A stretch of 29,157 bases of DNA from a virus (taxonomy: Duplodnaviria; Caudoviricetes): positions 1 through 29,157 of IMG/VR virus record IMGVR_UViG_3300037422_000387, one strand, 5' to 3'. This document shows, one piece after another, positions 1 through 9,152 of this stretch (position 1 is its first letter; every line of letters begins with the position of its first letter). Made by a program: the position numbers and the translations under genes. The notes under the pieces are model-generated. The model worked only from the letters and a program-made list of their open reading frames with translations. It did not search any database and was not told the DNA's origin.

Positions 1-291
1 GTGGCAATTACGGATTTGAGAGTTAAACTTTTCAGGGGTCGCATGAGCCGCAGCATATCAAAGCGCAAAAACTCTGGCGAGTAAACCTTGCAATTGTGGC
101 ATTTCCGGCTTCATCGGGAATTGCTGGGCTGTGGGCCTCGCGTTTCTGCTCGAAGAAAAACGCGGGGGCCTGCTTGATCGTCAATCGCTCCTCGCGCGGG
201 CGCAGGAACTGCACCAGTCGAATCTGAAGAACCTGAATGCGGACATTCAGGAATACGAGACAGAAAGCTCCTGACCTTCCCCGAAGTCAGT

Positions 292-585
292 ATGCACGCA
301 GCACGACCTCACATGACGATGCTCAATCCTGATCTGACAGGTGATCTGCGACTGCTGACCTGTGCGATTGTGGGCGGTTCGCTGATCGAACTCTTCCCGG
401 TGGTCAGCGAACACATCATCGGCCCGGTGCTGATCACGCTGGTTGGCACGGTGGCGCGTTTCGTCCTGAACCGGCGCAGATACACCAGGCAACTCAGAGA
501 GCTGCGCGCAGAGAACGAGCAATTGAAAAAACGGCTGGAAACTTACGAAGAGACCTTCGATCTGCTGAGCCGCGACGATGAGTGA
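292..585 (+). CDS. Small membrane protein, holin-like (start uncertain)
   Basis: Two hydrophobic stretches (LLTCAIVGGSLIELF; IIGPVLITLVGTVARFVL) followed by a charged coiled-coil C-terminus. Lies just upstream of the terminase genes. Confidence 0.5.
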   Translation: MHAARPHMTMLNPDLTGDLRLLTCAIVGGSLIELFPVVSEHIIGPVLITLVGTVARFVLNRRRYTRQLRELRAENEQLKKRLETYEETFDLLSRDDE

Positions 586-1135
586 ACAACGCAAAGCACG
601 CCGCTACGATCAGCAGGCGATCAACCGCGCGTTTCAGTTGTTCATTCAGAACAACGGGCGCAATCACGAACGCATCGCGGCGGCGATGCGCCGCGATTAC
701 CCCTGGTTCGGCGTTGAAACGATTCGCAAGTGGGCCGCGAAATACGCCTGGGACGAAGCTCTCAGGCTGAAGATCGTCGCCGATAAAAAAGCGGCGCTCA
801 CCAGCGCCGATGAACTGAGTGATGAAGTCGAGACGATCAGGAAACATCTCTTTGAGCAGATCAGCAAAGGCGGCTACAGCGATGAAGAGCTGATCAAGCT
901 GCACGAAAAATATGTGGCGCGTTCGGTCGAGGTTCTGATCAAGGTCAAAGAGGCGCGCGACACGCTCGGCGGCTTCGTGGCGATGTACGAGAGATTGCTC
1001 GAGTGGCTGCCGGATTACAGCCCGCACGCGCTCGAAGCGTTGTTGCAGGTGAATGAACAGATGCTGGAGCGGGCGGCTGAGGAATATGGCGCGAGCGATT
1101 CGACAGAGAGAGCAGACGACCCGCGAGAAGATTGA
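578..1135 (+). CDS. Terminase small subunit-like HTH protein (DUF1804-like)
   Basis: N-terminal HTH ending in 'ETIRKWAAKYAWDE', helical body, overlaps the large terminase start. Confidence 0.7.
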   Translation: MSEQRKARRYDQQAINRAFQLFIQNNGRNHERIAAAMRRDYPWFGVETIRKWAAKYAWDEALRLKIVADKKAALTSADELSDEVETIRKHLFEQISKGGYSDEELIKLHEKYVARSVEVLIKVKEARDTLGGFVAMYERLLEWLPDYSPHALEALLQVNEQMLERAAEEYGASDSTERADDPRED

Positions 1136-2876
1136 CCGCGCCCGCCGCGCCGCTGACCGCGCCCGCGTGAGACTCGGCGCGGCGGCGCGGCCCGAAGCTG
1201 AACTGCCCGTCGGCGAACGACCTTTGAGCTGGTGGCGCGAGCGATGGAATAACAAGGCGATCCGCCGCACGTTCATTGAAACGCATATTCGGATCAGAAA
1301 CAAATTCGGCGGGAATAAACTCGTGCCGATGCTCTTCAACGACATTCAGCAGCACCTGCACGATCACGCGACGGGGCGCGATGTGATTCTGAAAGCCCGC
1401 AAGGGCGGCGTCTCGCGCTGGGTGCTGGCTGAATTCTTTGCCGAAGCGGTGGTGCTGAGCGGGTGCCGCGTGCGCATCGTCCCGCACGATCCCGAAACCG
1501 AGAATGAACTGTTTCAGGATTTGCAGACGATGTATGAATCGCTGCCCGATCACATCCGACCGTTCACGCGCTATTACTCGAAAGAGGAAATTCTGTTTCA
1601 CGATCCAGGCAAGGGGACGGTTGATTCGCGGATCACGACGGCGACGGTGCAACCCGGTCACGAAGCCAAAGGACGGGGGCAGGGCCTGACGCATCTGCAC
1701 CTGACCGAAGTTCCGTTCTGGCGCGGCGACGCGACGCGGGCCGCGATGGCGCTGATCGAAGCCGCCGCCGAAGGCCGCGTGATCGTCGAATCAACCGCGA
1801 ACGGGATTGACTGGTTTCATCGCGTCTACCAGCAGGGGAAGCACAGAAAAGGTGGGTGGGCCGCTTTCTTCTTCCCCTGGTGGTGGCGCAGTGAATACCG
1901 CACTGAGGGAGCGCGGATCATTCAGTTTGGCGAAGAGAGGCTGCTCCTGCAATGGGGCGACGATCTGCCCGAAGAAGGCAGCGAGGCGTATGAAAAAGCC
2001 AGGCTCAGCGCCGACGAGCAGAAATGCGCGATCAAGATTTCGCTCTTTCTCAAACGGCGCGGCTATCTCGCTGAATACGCGCGCTGGGACTGTGACGATG
2101 TCGCCGAACGCCTGGCGTGGCGGCGGGCCAAGATCGAAGAAATCGGCAAAGACTCGTTCGCCGTCGAATACCCTGAGAACGACAAGGATTGCTTTGAGCA
2201 GACCGGTCGTCCGGTGATCGCGGCTGAATATCTGAAAGTCACCTGCGCGCCAGCGGGGCCGGTCGAAGGTCATCAGTATCTGATCGCAGTGGATTCTTCG
2301 CACGGGCTGAAGAACGGCGATCCGGCGGCAATTGAGGTGATTGATCTGAGTGTGGGGCGCCAGGCGTTTGAAGAGACGTTACAGTTGCCGCCTGACCTTG
2401 TCGCCGAGCGCGTGGCTGAACTGAGCGATCAGTACAACGGGGCCGCCATCGTGCCCGAACGGAACGGGCCGGGTCTGGCGCTGATCCTGAAGCTGGTGGC
2501 GATGGGTTATGGCGAGCGGCTTTATCGTCATCTCGACATGAAGCTCAAACGGCGGATCGAAGACGGCGACCTGAACTTTGAAGAGGCAAAGGAAGAAGCG
2601 CAGTACGGCTTTCCGACGACGGGCGAAAACAAGGGGCTGCTCGGCCTCAAGCTGGAAGAGAGCGTCCGGCGCGGTTATCTGGGGCTGTCGAGCGCGGAGT
2701 TCTGTGATGAGGCCCGCACCTGCGTCTGGGATGACCGGGGCGGCTGGGGCGCTCAGTCGGGTTATCACGACGACCGGATGGTGGCCCTGGCGATTGGCAA
2801 TTATGTCTGGCGGTACGAGGCCGACATGCTGCCCTCGTTTATCGGCGCGCTCCCGGAGCTGGGCGACGCCAGGTGA
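1086..2876 (+). CDS. terL: Terminase large subunit
   Basis: Walker A 'ILKARKGGVS', Walker B 'LHLTEVPFW', coupling motif 'VESTANG', RNase H-like nuclease motifs 'IAVDSSHG', 'ERNGPG' and 'HDDRMVALAIG'. ATG 1086 preferred over 1053. Confidence 0.95.
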   Translation: MARAIRQREQTTREKIDRARRAADRARVRLGAAARPEAELPVGERPLSWWRERWNNKAIRRTFIETHIRIRNKFGGNKLVPMLFNDIQQHLHDHATGRDVILKARKGGVSRWVLAEFFAEAVVLSGCRVRIVPHDPETENELFQDLQTMYESLPDHIRPFTRYYSKEEILFHDPGKGTVDSRITTATVQPGHEAKGRGQGLTHLHLTEVPFWRGDATRAAMALIEAAAEGRVIVESTANGIDWFHRVYQQGKHRKGGWAAFFFPWWWRSEYRTEGARIIQFGEERLLLQWGDDLPEEGSEAYEKARLSADEQKCAIKISLFLKRRGYLAEYARWDCDDVAERLAWRRAKIEEIGKDSFAVEYPENDKDCFEQTGRPVIAAEYLKVTCAPAGPVEGHQYLIAVDSSHGLKNGDPAAIEVIDLSVGRQAFEETLQLPPDLVAERVAELSDQYNGAAIVPERNGPGLALILKLVAMGYGERLYRHLDMKLKRRIEDGDLNFEEAKEEAQYGFPTTGENKGLLGLKLEESVRRGYLGLSSAEFCDEARTCVWDDRGGWGAQSGYHDDRMVALAIGNYVWRYEADMLPSFIGALPELGDAR

Positions 2877-3031
2877 AAAGCGGATTTTGCGTTTAGAGGC
2901 TCAAGGCTGATTCAGGGTATCCCATATACCTGTTTTGAATTTGAGGCTGTACCGGAACGCTGGGGAACACCTTAACGACGGGATCAGCGCGAGGGCATCA
3001 GGCGCAAAAGAGGGGTCAGGAACAAAAACGA

Positions 3032-4492
3032 ATGGCACGAGGGGACAAAACCGGAATTCTGGCGCGCCTGGGGCGCTGGCTCGCTGCGCTGGCTGCGGTC
3101 AACGGAATCCCGGTTCCCGACACGGGCCGGAGTTCAGTGGATGAATCGCTCGGTGATCGGATCAGTGGCTATCTGGCCTGGTATACCGACATCGGGCCAG
3201 GCGTGAACTTCGACACGCTGGCCTGTCTGAAGGCTCTCTGGATTGCAAACCCGGATTTGTCGCAGGCAATCCACAACCTGACGGCGCTGGCCAACACCGG
3301 GCATCAGATCGTAATTGACGCCGCGACAGGGGAGCGCGCCGGGATGGCCGTCAAGCGGCTCAACGAAGCGGCGACGCGCATCTATGCGCACTCAATCGGC
3401 GTGGACGGGCTGATCAATGACGCCATCGCTCAGGTCGCGTGGAGTGGCGCGTTCAGCCGCGAGGATGAAGTTGATCTGAAATTGCGCCGCGTGAAAAAAG
3501 TCGTCCTGGTGCCGCCGGAACAAATCCGCTTCCGGCCTGAAACGGGCGAGTGGCGCCCGTATCAGCAGCCGCGCAGCGTGTACGGCGTGCGCGATTCGCT
3601 CGGACTGGTGGCGCTCAGTCCGACGACTTATCGGTACTACGCGCTCGAACACGTTGACAACAGCCCTTATGCGAAACCGCCGTTCAGCGCGGCGCTCGAT
3701 CCGATTCTCAAGACGCAGATGAATATGATCGCGTCGCTCGAACGGATTGCGGAGAAGTTCGGTTTGTTCGGCCTCTACAGCATCGAAGTCTCGCCGCCGA
3801 ATCGCAGGCCGGGCACGGAAACCGAAGAGGAATATCAGAGTCGCGCGCAGAAGGTACTCAAATCAGTCCGCGAGGTCTTTGAAAAGAATCCGCTCAAAAA
3901 CCTGATTGTCACCTTTCGTGATCAGAAAGTCAGTCACACGCCGGTGACGGGCGACGCGCGCGGCGTGAGCGAGATTTTCAATCTCAATGAAGAGCAGGTC
4001 TTTTCGGGACTGCATTCGATGCCCGCTTTTCACGGGCGCAACGATACGACCACTGAGACATTTGCTGATGTTGTTTTTTACATTCTGGCGGCGCAGGCTC
4101 TCAATATCCAGCGCGTCGTCAAGCGCGGCGTCGAGCGGACATACGAACTCGATCTGGCGCTGGCCGCAATCGATGTTGACGGCCTGAGTCTGAAATTCAA
4201 TCCGATCCGCTCGCGCAATATGCTGCAGGAGGCGCAGGCCGATCAGACCGTGCTGGCGACGATCATTCAGGAAATCAACGCGGGCTTCATCACGGTGGAC
4301 GAGGGAGCGCAGAAGCGCGGTTATGACGCCGCCGCCGATCCGCAGCGAATGAGCGGGCAAAGCGCCTTCAGCGCCGAGTTCAGATTTGATCGTGACGCGC
4401 GCCGTTACCGGCATCTTGCGCCGCGCATTGAAATTGAAACCGAACCGGGCCGCGTCATCCGCCTGGTAAAAAAAAAGACGGCAGCGAGATAG
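3032..4492 (+). CDS. Portal protein
   Basis: 486 aa, located between terL and the MuF gene, with portal-like C-terminal 'GFITVDEGAQKRGY'. Confidence 0.85.
   Translation: MARGDKTGILARLGRWLAALAAVNGIPVPDTGRSSVDESLGDRISGYLAWYTDIGPGVNFDTLACLKALWIANPDLSQAIHNLTALANTGHQIVIDAATGERAGMAVKRLNEAATRIYAHSIGVDGLINDAIAQVAWSGAFSREDEVDLKLRRVKKVVLVPPEQIRFRPETGEWRPYQQPRSVYGVRDSLGLVALSPTTYRYYALEHVDNSPYAKPPFSAALDPILKTQMNMIASLERIAEKFGLFGLYSIEVSPPNRRPGTETEEEYQSRAQKVLKSVREVFEKNPLKNLIVTFRDQKVSHTPVTGDARGVSEIFNLNEEQVFSGLHSMPAFHGRNDTTTETFADVVFYILAAQALNIQRVVKRGVERTYELDLALAAIDVDGLSLKFNPIRSRNMLQEAQADQTVLATIIQEINAGFITVDEGAQKRGYDAAADPQRMSGQSAFSAEFRFDRDARRYRHLAPRIEIETEPGRVIRLVKKKTAAR
4468..4477 (+). promoter_or_regulatory. Putative -1 frameshift (slippery) site A AAA AAG within an A9G run, joining portal to MuF
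   Basis: Portal reads GTA AAA AAA AAG at 4466-4477. The -1 frame is open from 4438 to 5445 and is the MuF frame. Confidence 0.75.
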
Positions 4493-4560
4493 CAGCCGAA
4501 CTGCTCAGTGAAGCCGAGATTGACGCGCTGCTCGACAGGTTCATTGCACAGTACCTCCGC

Positions 4561-5445
4561 GTGATGGGGCCGCACGAACGGCGGGCGCGCGAGCAGGCGG
4601 TGGAAAAACTGAGGAAATTTCTGGAGCAGGCCACGCCCGACGACTTTGCCACCGCTGATGATTTCGCGGATACGCTCTTTGAGCAGATTGAAACAGCCTA
4701 TCAGGGCGCTTTTGAATCAGCCGCTGCCAGACGGGCTGTCCGCACGACGACGAAGCTGATTTACAGCTTCTATCGCCTGAAGGACGAAACGCCCTTCACT
4801 GACGGTTCGCCGCTCAGACTGAAATTCGGCGCTCCTGACCGGCGGGCGATCAGATTTTTTGATTCTTTGGACAACTGGTATTTCAGCGGCTTTCTCGACA
4901 ACACGCGGGCCGATGAGCTGAAACGTTTTTTGAAAGCGGAGTATCTCGAACAGGGCGCGGCGCTCTTTGGCCGCGAGACTCCCGAATCGCTGGATGATTT
5001 CAGAAAGGCGGCGGGCGCGAAGCTGAAAAACATCAATGATCGCGGGGTCAAGATCATCGCGCAGCAGTCGGTGCAGCGCATTCGGAACTGGGCGCATCTG
5101 GGATCGCTCGCGCAGGCCGAATTTGAATTCTGCGCATACGTGGCGACGCTCGACTCGCGCACGACTGAAATCTGCCGGAGCATCAACGGCAAACGTTTCA
5201 GAGTCGGCGTGGCCAAACGGGCGGTTGACAAATTCACGCAGCTTGAACCGGGCGAATTCGCCCTTCATCTCTATGAATCGAACGTGGCGAAAGAATACCG
5301 CAGGAATCCGGTGGCGTGGATCGCGCAGCGAACGACCGACGGGATCGTGGATGACGACGCGATCACGCAGGGCATAGGCATCCCGCCGCTGCATATCAAC
5401 TGTCGCACCAGATTGCGCGGAGTGTTTCCTGAACTGGGTGAATGA
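4561..5445 (+). CDS. Head morphogenesis protein, MuF/SPP1 gp7 family; coding probably begins at the ~4477 frameshift
   Basis: Motifs 'YVATLDSRTTEICRSINGKRF' and 'PPLHINCRT'. No Shine-Dalgarno before GTG 4561 or ATG 4564. Confidence 0.9.
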   Translation: MMGPHERRAREQAVEKLRKFLEQATPDDFATADDFADTLFEQIETAYQGAFESAAARRAVRTTTKLIYSFYRLKDETPFTDGSPLRLKFGAPDRRAIRFFDSLDNWYFSGFLDNTRADELKRFLKAEYLEQGAALFGRETPESLDDFRKAAGAKLKNINDRGVKIIAQQSVQRIRNWAHLGSLAQAEFEFCAYVATLDSRTTEICRSINGKRFRVGVAKRAVDKFTQLEPGEFALHLYESNVAKEYRRNPVAWIAQRTTDGIVDDDAITQGIGIPPLHINCRTRLRGVFPELGE

Positions 5446-6671
5446 TGGCACAGAAATTCGGACAAATCAGGGTTGAGGATTTGGCGCAGCGGCGGGCCAG
5501 CGTCGCGCTCCGCGTGCCCGTCAATCGCGCTTACAGCGTGCGACGGCCAGAACGAGCGGCGGGCGGCGAAGGCGCGGCTGAATTGCGCGCCGGGCAGTCG
5601 GGCGCCGCCTTGCAGGCCGAACATTACGAGCCGCTCCCGCACGAGGAAGATTACATCTATCCGCTCTTTCGGGCGCTGAGTCGCGCGGTGATCCCAGGTT
5701 ACTGGCTGGATTTTACGAAGGCCGGAGTGCTGGAAGCGGCGGCGCCGCTGCTCGCCGGTCAGACGGTTTACAAGAATCACTGGGACTGGGATGTCGAATC
5801 GTGGATCGGCGTGGTCAACGCCAGTCAGTGGGACGCGAGCGGCGAGGCCGTGGGCGGGATTCCAGGGATCAACGTCGAGCTCAAAATTGACACGATCAAA
5901 TGCCCGGCGATTGCGCGCGGGCTGCTGATCGAACCACCGGCGATTCACTCGGTTTCGGTCAAGGTCATGTTCGTCTTTGAGTTCAGTCATCCGAAGCTCG
6001 ATGAAGAGGGCCTGTTCTGGCGGATCCTGGGCCAGGAAGTGGATGGCGAGATCGTCCGAATGGTCGTGACTGAGATTACCGGCTTCGGTGAACTCAGCCT
6101 GGTCAATCGGGGCGCCGACAAGCTGGCAAAGAAGCTCCCGACAAATCAGCCGATGGATGAGGACGATGACGACGAAGTTGATTCGGATGATGAAGTCGAA
6201 GCCGACACGAAGAAAAAGAAACGCGCGATGTCCGCGCCAGACAAAGGAGAGACGACAGTGAAACTGACAGCAGAACAAATCGCCGCGCTGGGGCTGAAGG
6301 GCGAAGCGGGGCAGGACTTTCCTGAAGCGACCGTGCTGGGCGCGGTTGAGACGCTGGCCGAGCGGGCGCGGCTCGGCGCCGAGATGGTCGCAGCGCAGCG
6401 CACCGAGTGCCGCGCGCAGGCGCGTCTGGCGGCAGGCGTGCCCGAAGACGGCAAGCTCGCCGTCGCCGTCGAACTGGCGATCAGCGCCGCGACGCCGGAG
6501 CAGTTACGCGAGATGACCGCCGAATTCGCGGCCCAGGCCGCAGAGAAATTTCCACAGACCTGCCAGAGCTGCGGCAAAGCAGCGCTCGCGGGTCGCAGCA
6601 GCGTTGAGACCGGGGCCGTCGAGACGCCGCAGAAAAAGCCGGTGATTGTCCGCCGGTCAACTCTTGGTTAG
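5442..6671 (+). CDS. Prohead protease-scaffold protein
   Basis: Position before the decoration and capsid genes. Protease-like 'YKNHWD...WIG', 'SVSV' and 'ELSLVNRGAD' motifs, an acidic linker and a helical C-terminal scaffold. Confidence 0.8.
   Translation: MMAQKFGQIRVEDLAQRRASVALRVPVNRAYSVRRPERAAGGEGAAELRAGQSGAALQAEHYEPLPHEEDYIYPLFRALSRAVIPGYWLDFTKAGVLEAAAPLLAGQTVYKNHWDWDVESWIGVVNASQWDASGEAVGGIPGINVELKIDTIKCPAIARGLLIEPPAIHSVSVKVMFVFEFSHPKLDEEGLFWRILGQEVDGEIVRMVVTEITGFGELSLVNRGADKLAKKLPTNQPMDEDDDDEVDSDDEVEADTKKKKRAMSAPDKGETTVKLTAEQIAALGLKGEAGQDFPEATVLGAVETLAERARLGAEMVAAQRTECRAQARLAAGVPEDGKLAVAVELAISAATPEQLREMTAEFAAQAAEKFPQTCQSCGKAALAGRSSVETGAVETPQKKPVIVRRSTLG
6258..6671 (+). CDS. Nested in-frame scaffolding protein (internal GTG start)
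   Basis: AAAGGAGA at 6243-6250, with AGGAG 8 nt before the in-frame GTG 6258, just after the acidic linker. Confidence 0.7.
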   Translation: MKLTAEQIAALGLKGEAGQDFPEATVLGAVETLAERARLGAEMVAAQRTECRAQARLAAGVPEDGKLAVAVELAISAATPEQLREMTAEFAAQAAEKFPQTCQSCGKAALAGRSSVETGAVETPQKKPVIVRRSTLG

Positions 6672-6723
6672 TCCTGTCACAGGACGATCAAAACAACCAA
6701 TCACTTCACAGGAGTCAAAGACA

Positions 6724-7110
6724 ATGGCGAACAAATTTCCCTTTTCCTGTCACGGCCTGGCGCTCAGCGGGACGATTGCGGCGGTCGTGGAGCAGAACCG
6801 GCTGATGAAAATTTCCGCCGATGAAACCTTTGCCGAGGCCGGGGCGAATGAGTTTGTGGCGGGTCGCCTGGTCAAAGTCCCGGACGCGGCGAACGGCCTC
6901 GGCACAGTCGAGACGCCCTTCAAGGAACTGGTCGAGATCGTCGGCAGCGGCGCGCTCGTGGCGGGCGGCTTTGTCAAAATGGCGGCGGCTTCGGGCGGCA
7001 ACCAGCGCGTCACGGCCTGGGTGGATGGCACGGATTCGATCACGCGCCTCTATGGCATCGTTTTCAAGGGCGGCGCCGACGGCGCGACCGTCAAAGTCCT
7101 CGTGTTCTGA
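6724..7110 (+). CDS. Capsid decoration/cement protein (DUF2190-like)
   Basis: 128 aa Gly/Ala-rich beta protein directly before the MCP, ending 'GGADGATVKVLV'. AGGAG at 6710-6714 supports ATG 6724. Confidence 0.75.
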   Translation: MANKFPFSCHGLALSGTIAAVVEQNRLMKISADETFAEAGANEFVAGRLVKVPDAANGLGTVETPFKELVEIVGSGALVAGGFVKMAAASGGNQRVTAWVDGTDSITRLYGIVFKGGADGATVKVLVF

Positions 7111-7154
7111 GTCGGCCCTTAACCTTCAAATCTGGATTCAATCAGGAGACAACA

Positions 7155-8387
7155 ATGATCGTCAAACAAGCAAAGACCACCAACGGGTTGCGCGGCAAGG
7201 TTGCCGCGCTGATGGCCGAACTCAATCAGACGCGGCTCGGACAGCTCACGCTCGGCGAGGATGCCACGCCGCAGCCCGTCGAGCTGAGCCTGCGCGAATT
7301 CCTCGCCGCCAGATATGACGGGATGGAATTTGAGGCGCTGCTGAGTGAACTCGGCATTGATGAACACCGCACGACGGTGGATGACCTCTATGCCGACCGC
7401 GACAACGCGCATCTGATGCCGGAATTCGTCCTCGCCGGAATGAAGCGCGGGCAGGCGCTCTCAGCCCTGCCGGGCGAAGCGGCGCTCAATCCGGTCACTT
7501 CCAATTATCCGACCAGCGCGATCAATCGCTTTCTGACGCCGGAGCAGTTCTTCGATCCGATCAGGACGAGTGTGATCAAACGCGCCTACTGGCAGCAGCT
7601 CATCGCCCGCAGCGAACCGGTCAACAGCGATTCGCCGAATGTGCCTTACATTGATGTGAGCGATGCCACGACGCGCGAAATCACCGAAGGCGCGACCAAA
7701 GCAAAAGGCACGGTCAGCAGCAGCTCAAAGAACATCAAGCTCAAGAAATACTCAACCGGCATCGGCGTGACTTACGAAACGATCCGGCGCGTGTCGCTCT
7801 CGTGGGTGTCGCTCTTTTTTGAAGACGCGGGCCGTCGGCACGCGGCCAAGAAAAACAACAACGCAGTCCTGACGATCATCAACGGCGACACGCCTGATCT
7901 GGCCTATGCGGCGGCGGTGATCGGCGTCGAAAACACGGCCAACGGCTTTACGTGGTTCGATCACATCAGGATTCTGGTGCAGCTCGAAGAACTCGGCTTT
8001 ATGGCCACCGCGATTGTGGCGAGCAAGGAGATGGCCATCGTCCTGCTCAATCTGTCGGAGTTCAAGAACAATCAGAACGCCGGAAGCAAGCTGGCGATGC
8101 TCAGCCTGCAATCGCCGCTGCCGGTGAATTTCAACCTCTTCATCAGCTCGAAGCTGACCGCCAGCAAGATGGCGTATCTCGACACGTCGGTCTCAATGAT
8201 CGAAGCCTTCGAGCAGGCGCTGACGCTCGAATCGGAAAAGATCATTGCCAAAGACATCTTCGATACTTACGCCACCGAATGGAGCGGTTTTGTCAAGTTC
8301 CGCCGCGACGCCAGCGTGATCGTGGATCAGAGCATCACCTTCGCGGCCAATCCCTTCCCCTCGTTTATGGTTCCGATTGAAGACTGA
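7155..8387 (+). CDS. Major capsid protein (HK97 fold)
   Basis: 410 aa with a strong AGGAG RBS. 'ITEGATK...KLKKYSTGIGVTYETIRR' and 'IINGD' are HK97-like features. Followed by a terminator. Confidence 0.9.
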   Translation: MIVKQAKTTNGLRGKVAALMAELNQTRLGQLTLGEDATPQPVELSLREFLAARYDGMEFEALLSELGIDEHRTTVDDLYADRDNAHLMPEFVLAGMKRGQALSALPGEAALNPVTSNYPTSAINRFLTPEQFFDPIRTSVIKRAYWQQLIARSEPVNSDSPNVPYIDVSDATTREITEGATKAKGTVSSSSKNIKLKKYSTGIGVTYETIRRVSLSWVSLFFEDAGRRHAAKKNNNAVLTIINGDTPDLAYAAAVIGVENTANGFTWFDHIRILVQLEELGFMATAIVASKEMAIVLLNLSEFKNNQNAGSKLAMLSLQSPLPVNFNLFISSKLTASKMAYLDTSVSMIEAFEQALTLESEKIIAKDIFDTYATEWSGFVKFRRDASVIVDQSITFAANPFPSFMVPIED

Positions 8388-8416
8388 TCTCCTTGCGGGT
8401 CAGGGTTAGGACACTC

Positions 8417-8448
8417 CGGGCAGTGGCCCGCGCGCTGCCCGTTCTTTT
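8417..8448 (+). terminator. Rho-independent terminator after the major capsid gene
   Basis: CGGGCAGTG / CGCTGCCCG stem followed by TTCTTTT. Confidence 0.7.
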
Positions 8449-8457
8449 GAGGCAAAT

Positions 8458-8706
8458 ATGGCAAAGAAACAAACAGACGAAACGACTCCGAACGACGCGC
8501 CGCCTGAAACGGGAGCGCCTGCAATCAGTGTGGAGTATGTGAAGCTGGCCAATGAAGATGTGGGCTTCATTGATCCTGATACGCGCTTTGACATTTCGCG
8601 CTCGCAGGTCAGGGAACTCAAACCGCCCGTCGGGACGATGACGGCCCGCCTGATCGCCAGCGGCGCGCTGATCAAAGTCAGCGGGCCGGCAGAGAAGTCT
8701 GAGTAA
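8458..8706 (+). CDS. Hypothetical phage protein (post-capsid)
   Basis: 82 aa ORF with a GAGG RBS, coupled to the next gene (TAATG overlap). Confidence 0.7.
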   Translation: MAKKQTDETTPNDAPPETGAPAISVEYVKLANEDVGFIDPDTRFDISRSQVRELKPPVGTMTARLIASGALIKVSGPAEKSE

Positions 8707-9152
8707 TGGCCGAGAACACGCTCAACCAGGTCAGCGATCTCGTGGAGCTGCACAACATCAGTCCTGATATTCTGCCGCGCCAGCTCGAAGCGTGTCTGCA
8801 AACGGCGCGGCGGCGACTGATCGAATGGGTGGGTCAGGCGGCGTATGATGACGCGCTGCTGGCTGGCAACGCGGTCAATCAGGCGCGGAGCGACGACCTG
8901 ACGCTGGCTGAAGCGCGGCTGGCGATGGCCTTTGCGATCACGAGCCTCAACGCCAACATCACGCCGAAGGGAATGGTCAGCGAGGCGCGCGAAGAGGGTA
9001 ACCGAGTGATCAAATACTTCGGCCCGGCGGAAACGCTCAAATACAAACAGAGTTTTCTCGACGAGGCGGCGGAATTCGCCCGACCATACCTCCTCGCCGC
9101 GTTTGACAACGCCGAGGAACGAGTCGGCCTCGTGGATTTTGTGACTGTCTGA
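8706..9152 (+). CDS. Head-tail adaptor/connector
   Basis: 148 aa helical protein at the canonical adaptor position, ending 'AAEFARPYL'. Confidence 0.65.
   Translation: MAENTLNQVSDLVELHNISPDILPRQLEACLQTARRRLIEWVGQAAYDDALLAGNAVNQARSDDLTLAEARLAMAFAITSLNANITPKGMVSEAREEGNRVIKYFGPAETLKYKQSFLDEAAEFARPYLLAAFDNAEERVGLVDFVTV

Noticed and set aside
1-84. 3' end of an upstream gene in frame +1
   Set aside because: Only 27 codons with no recognisable motif, so it cannot be supported.
4561-5445. MuF polymorphic toxin
   Set aside because: The protein ends ~10 aa after the HINCR motif, with no toxin extension or immunity gene.
494-6577. Long minus-strand ORFs over the head genes (also 18055-19455 - and 27906-29075 +)
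   Set aside because: Antisense shadows of well-supported genes in GC-rich DNA, with no recognisable motifs.
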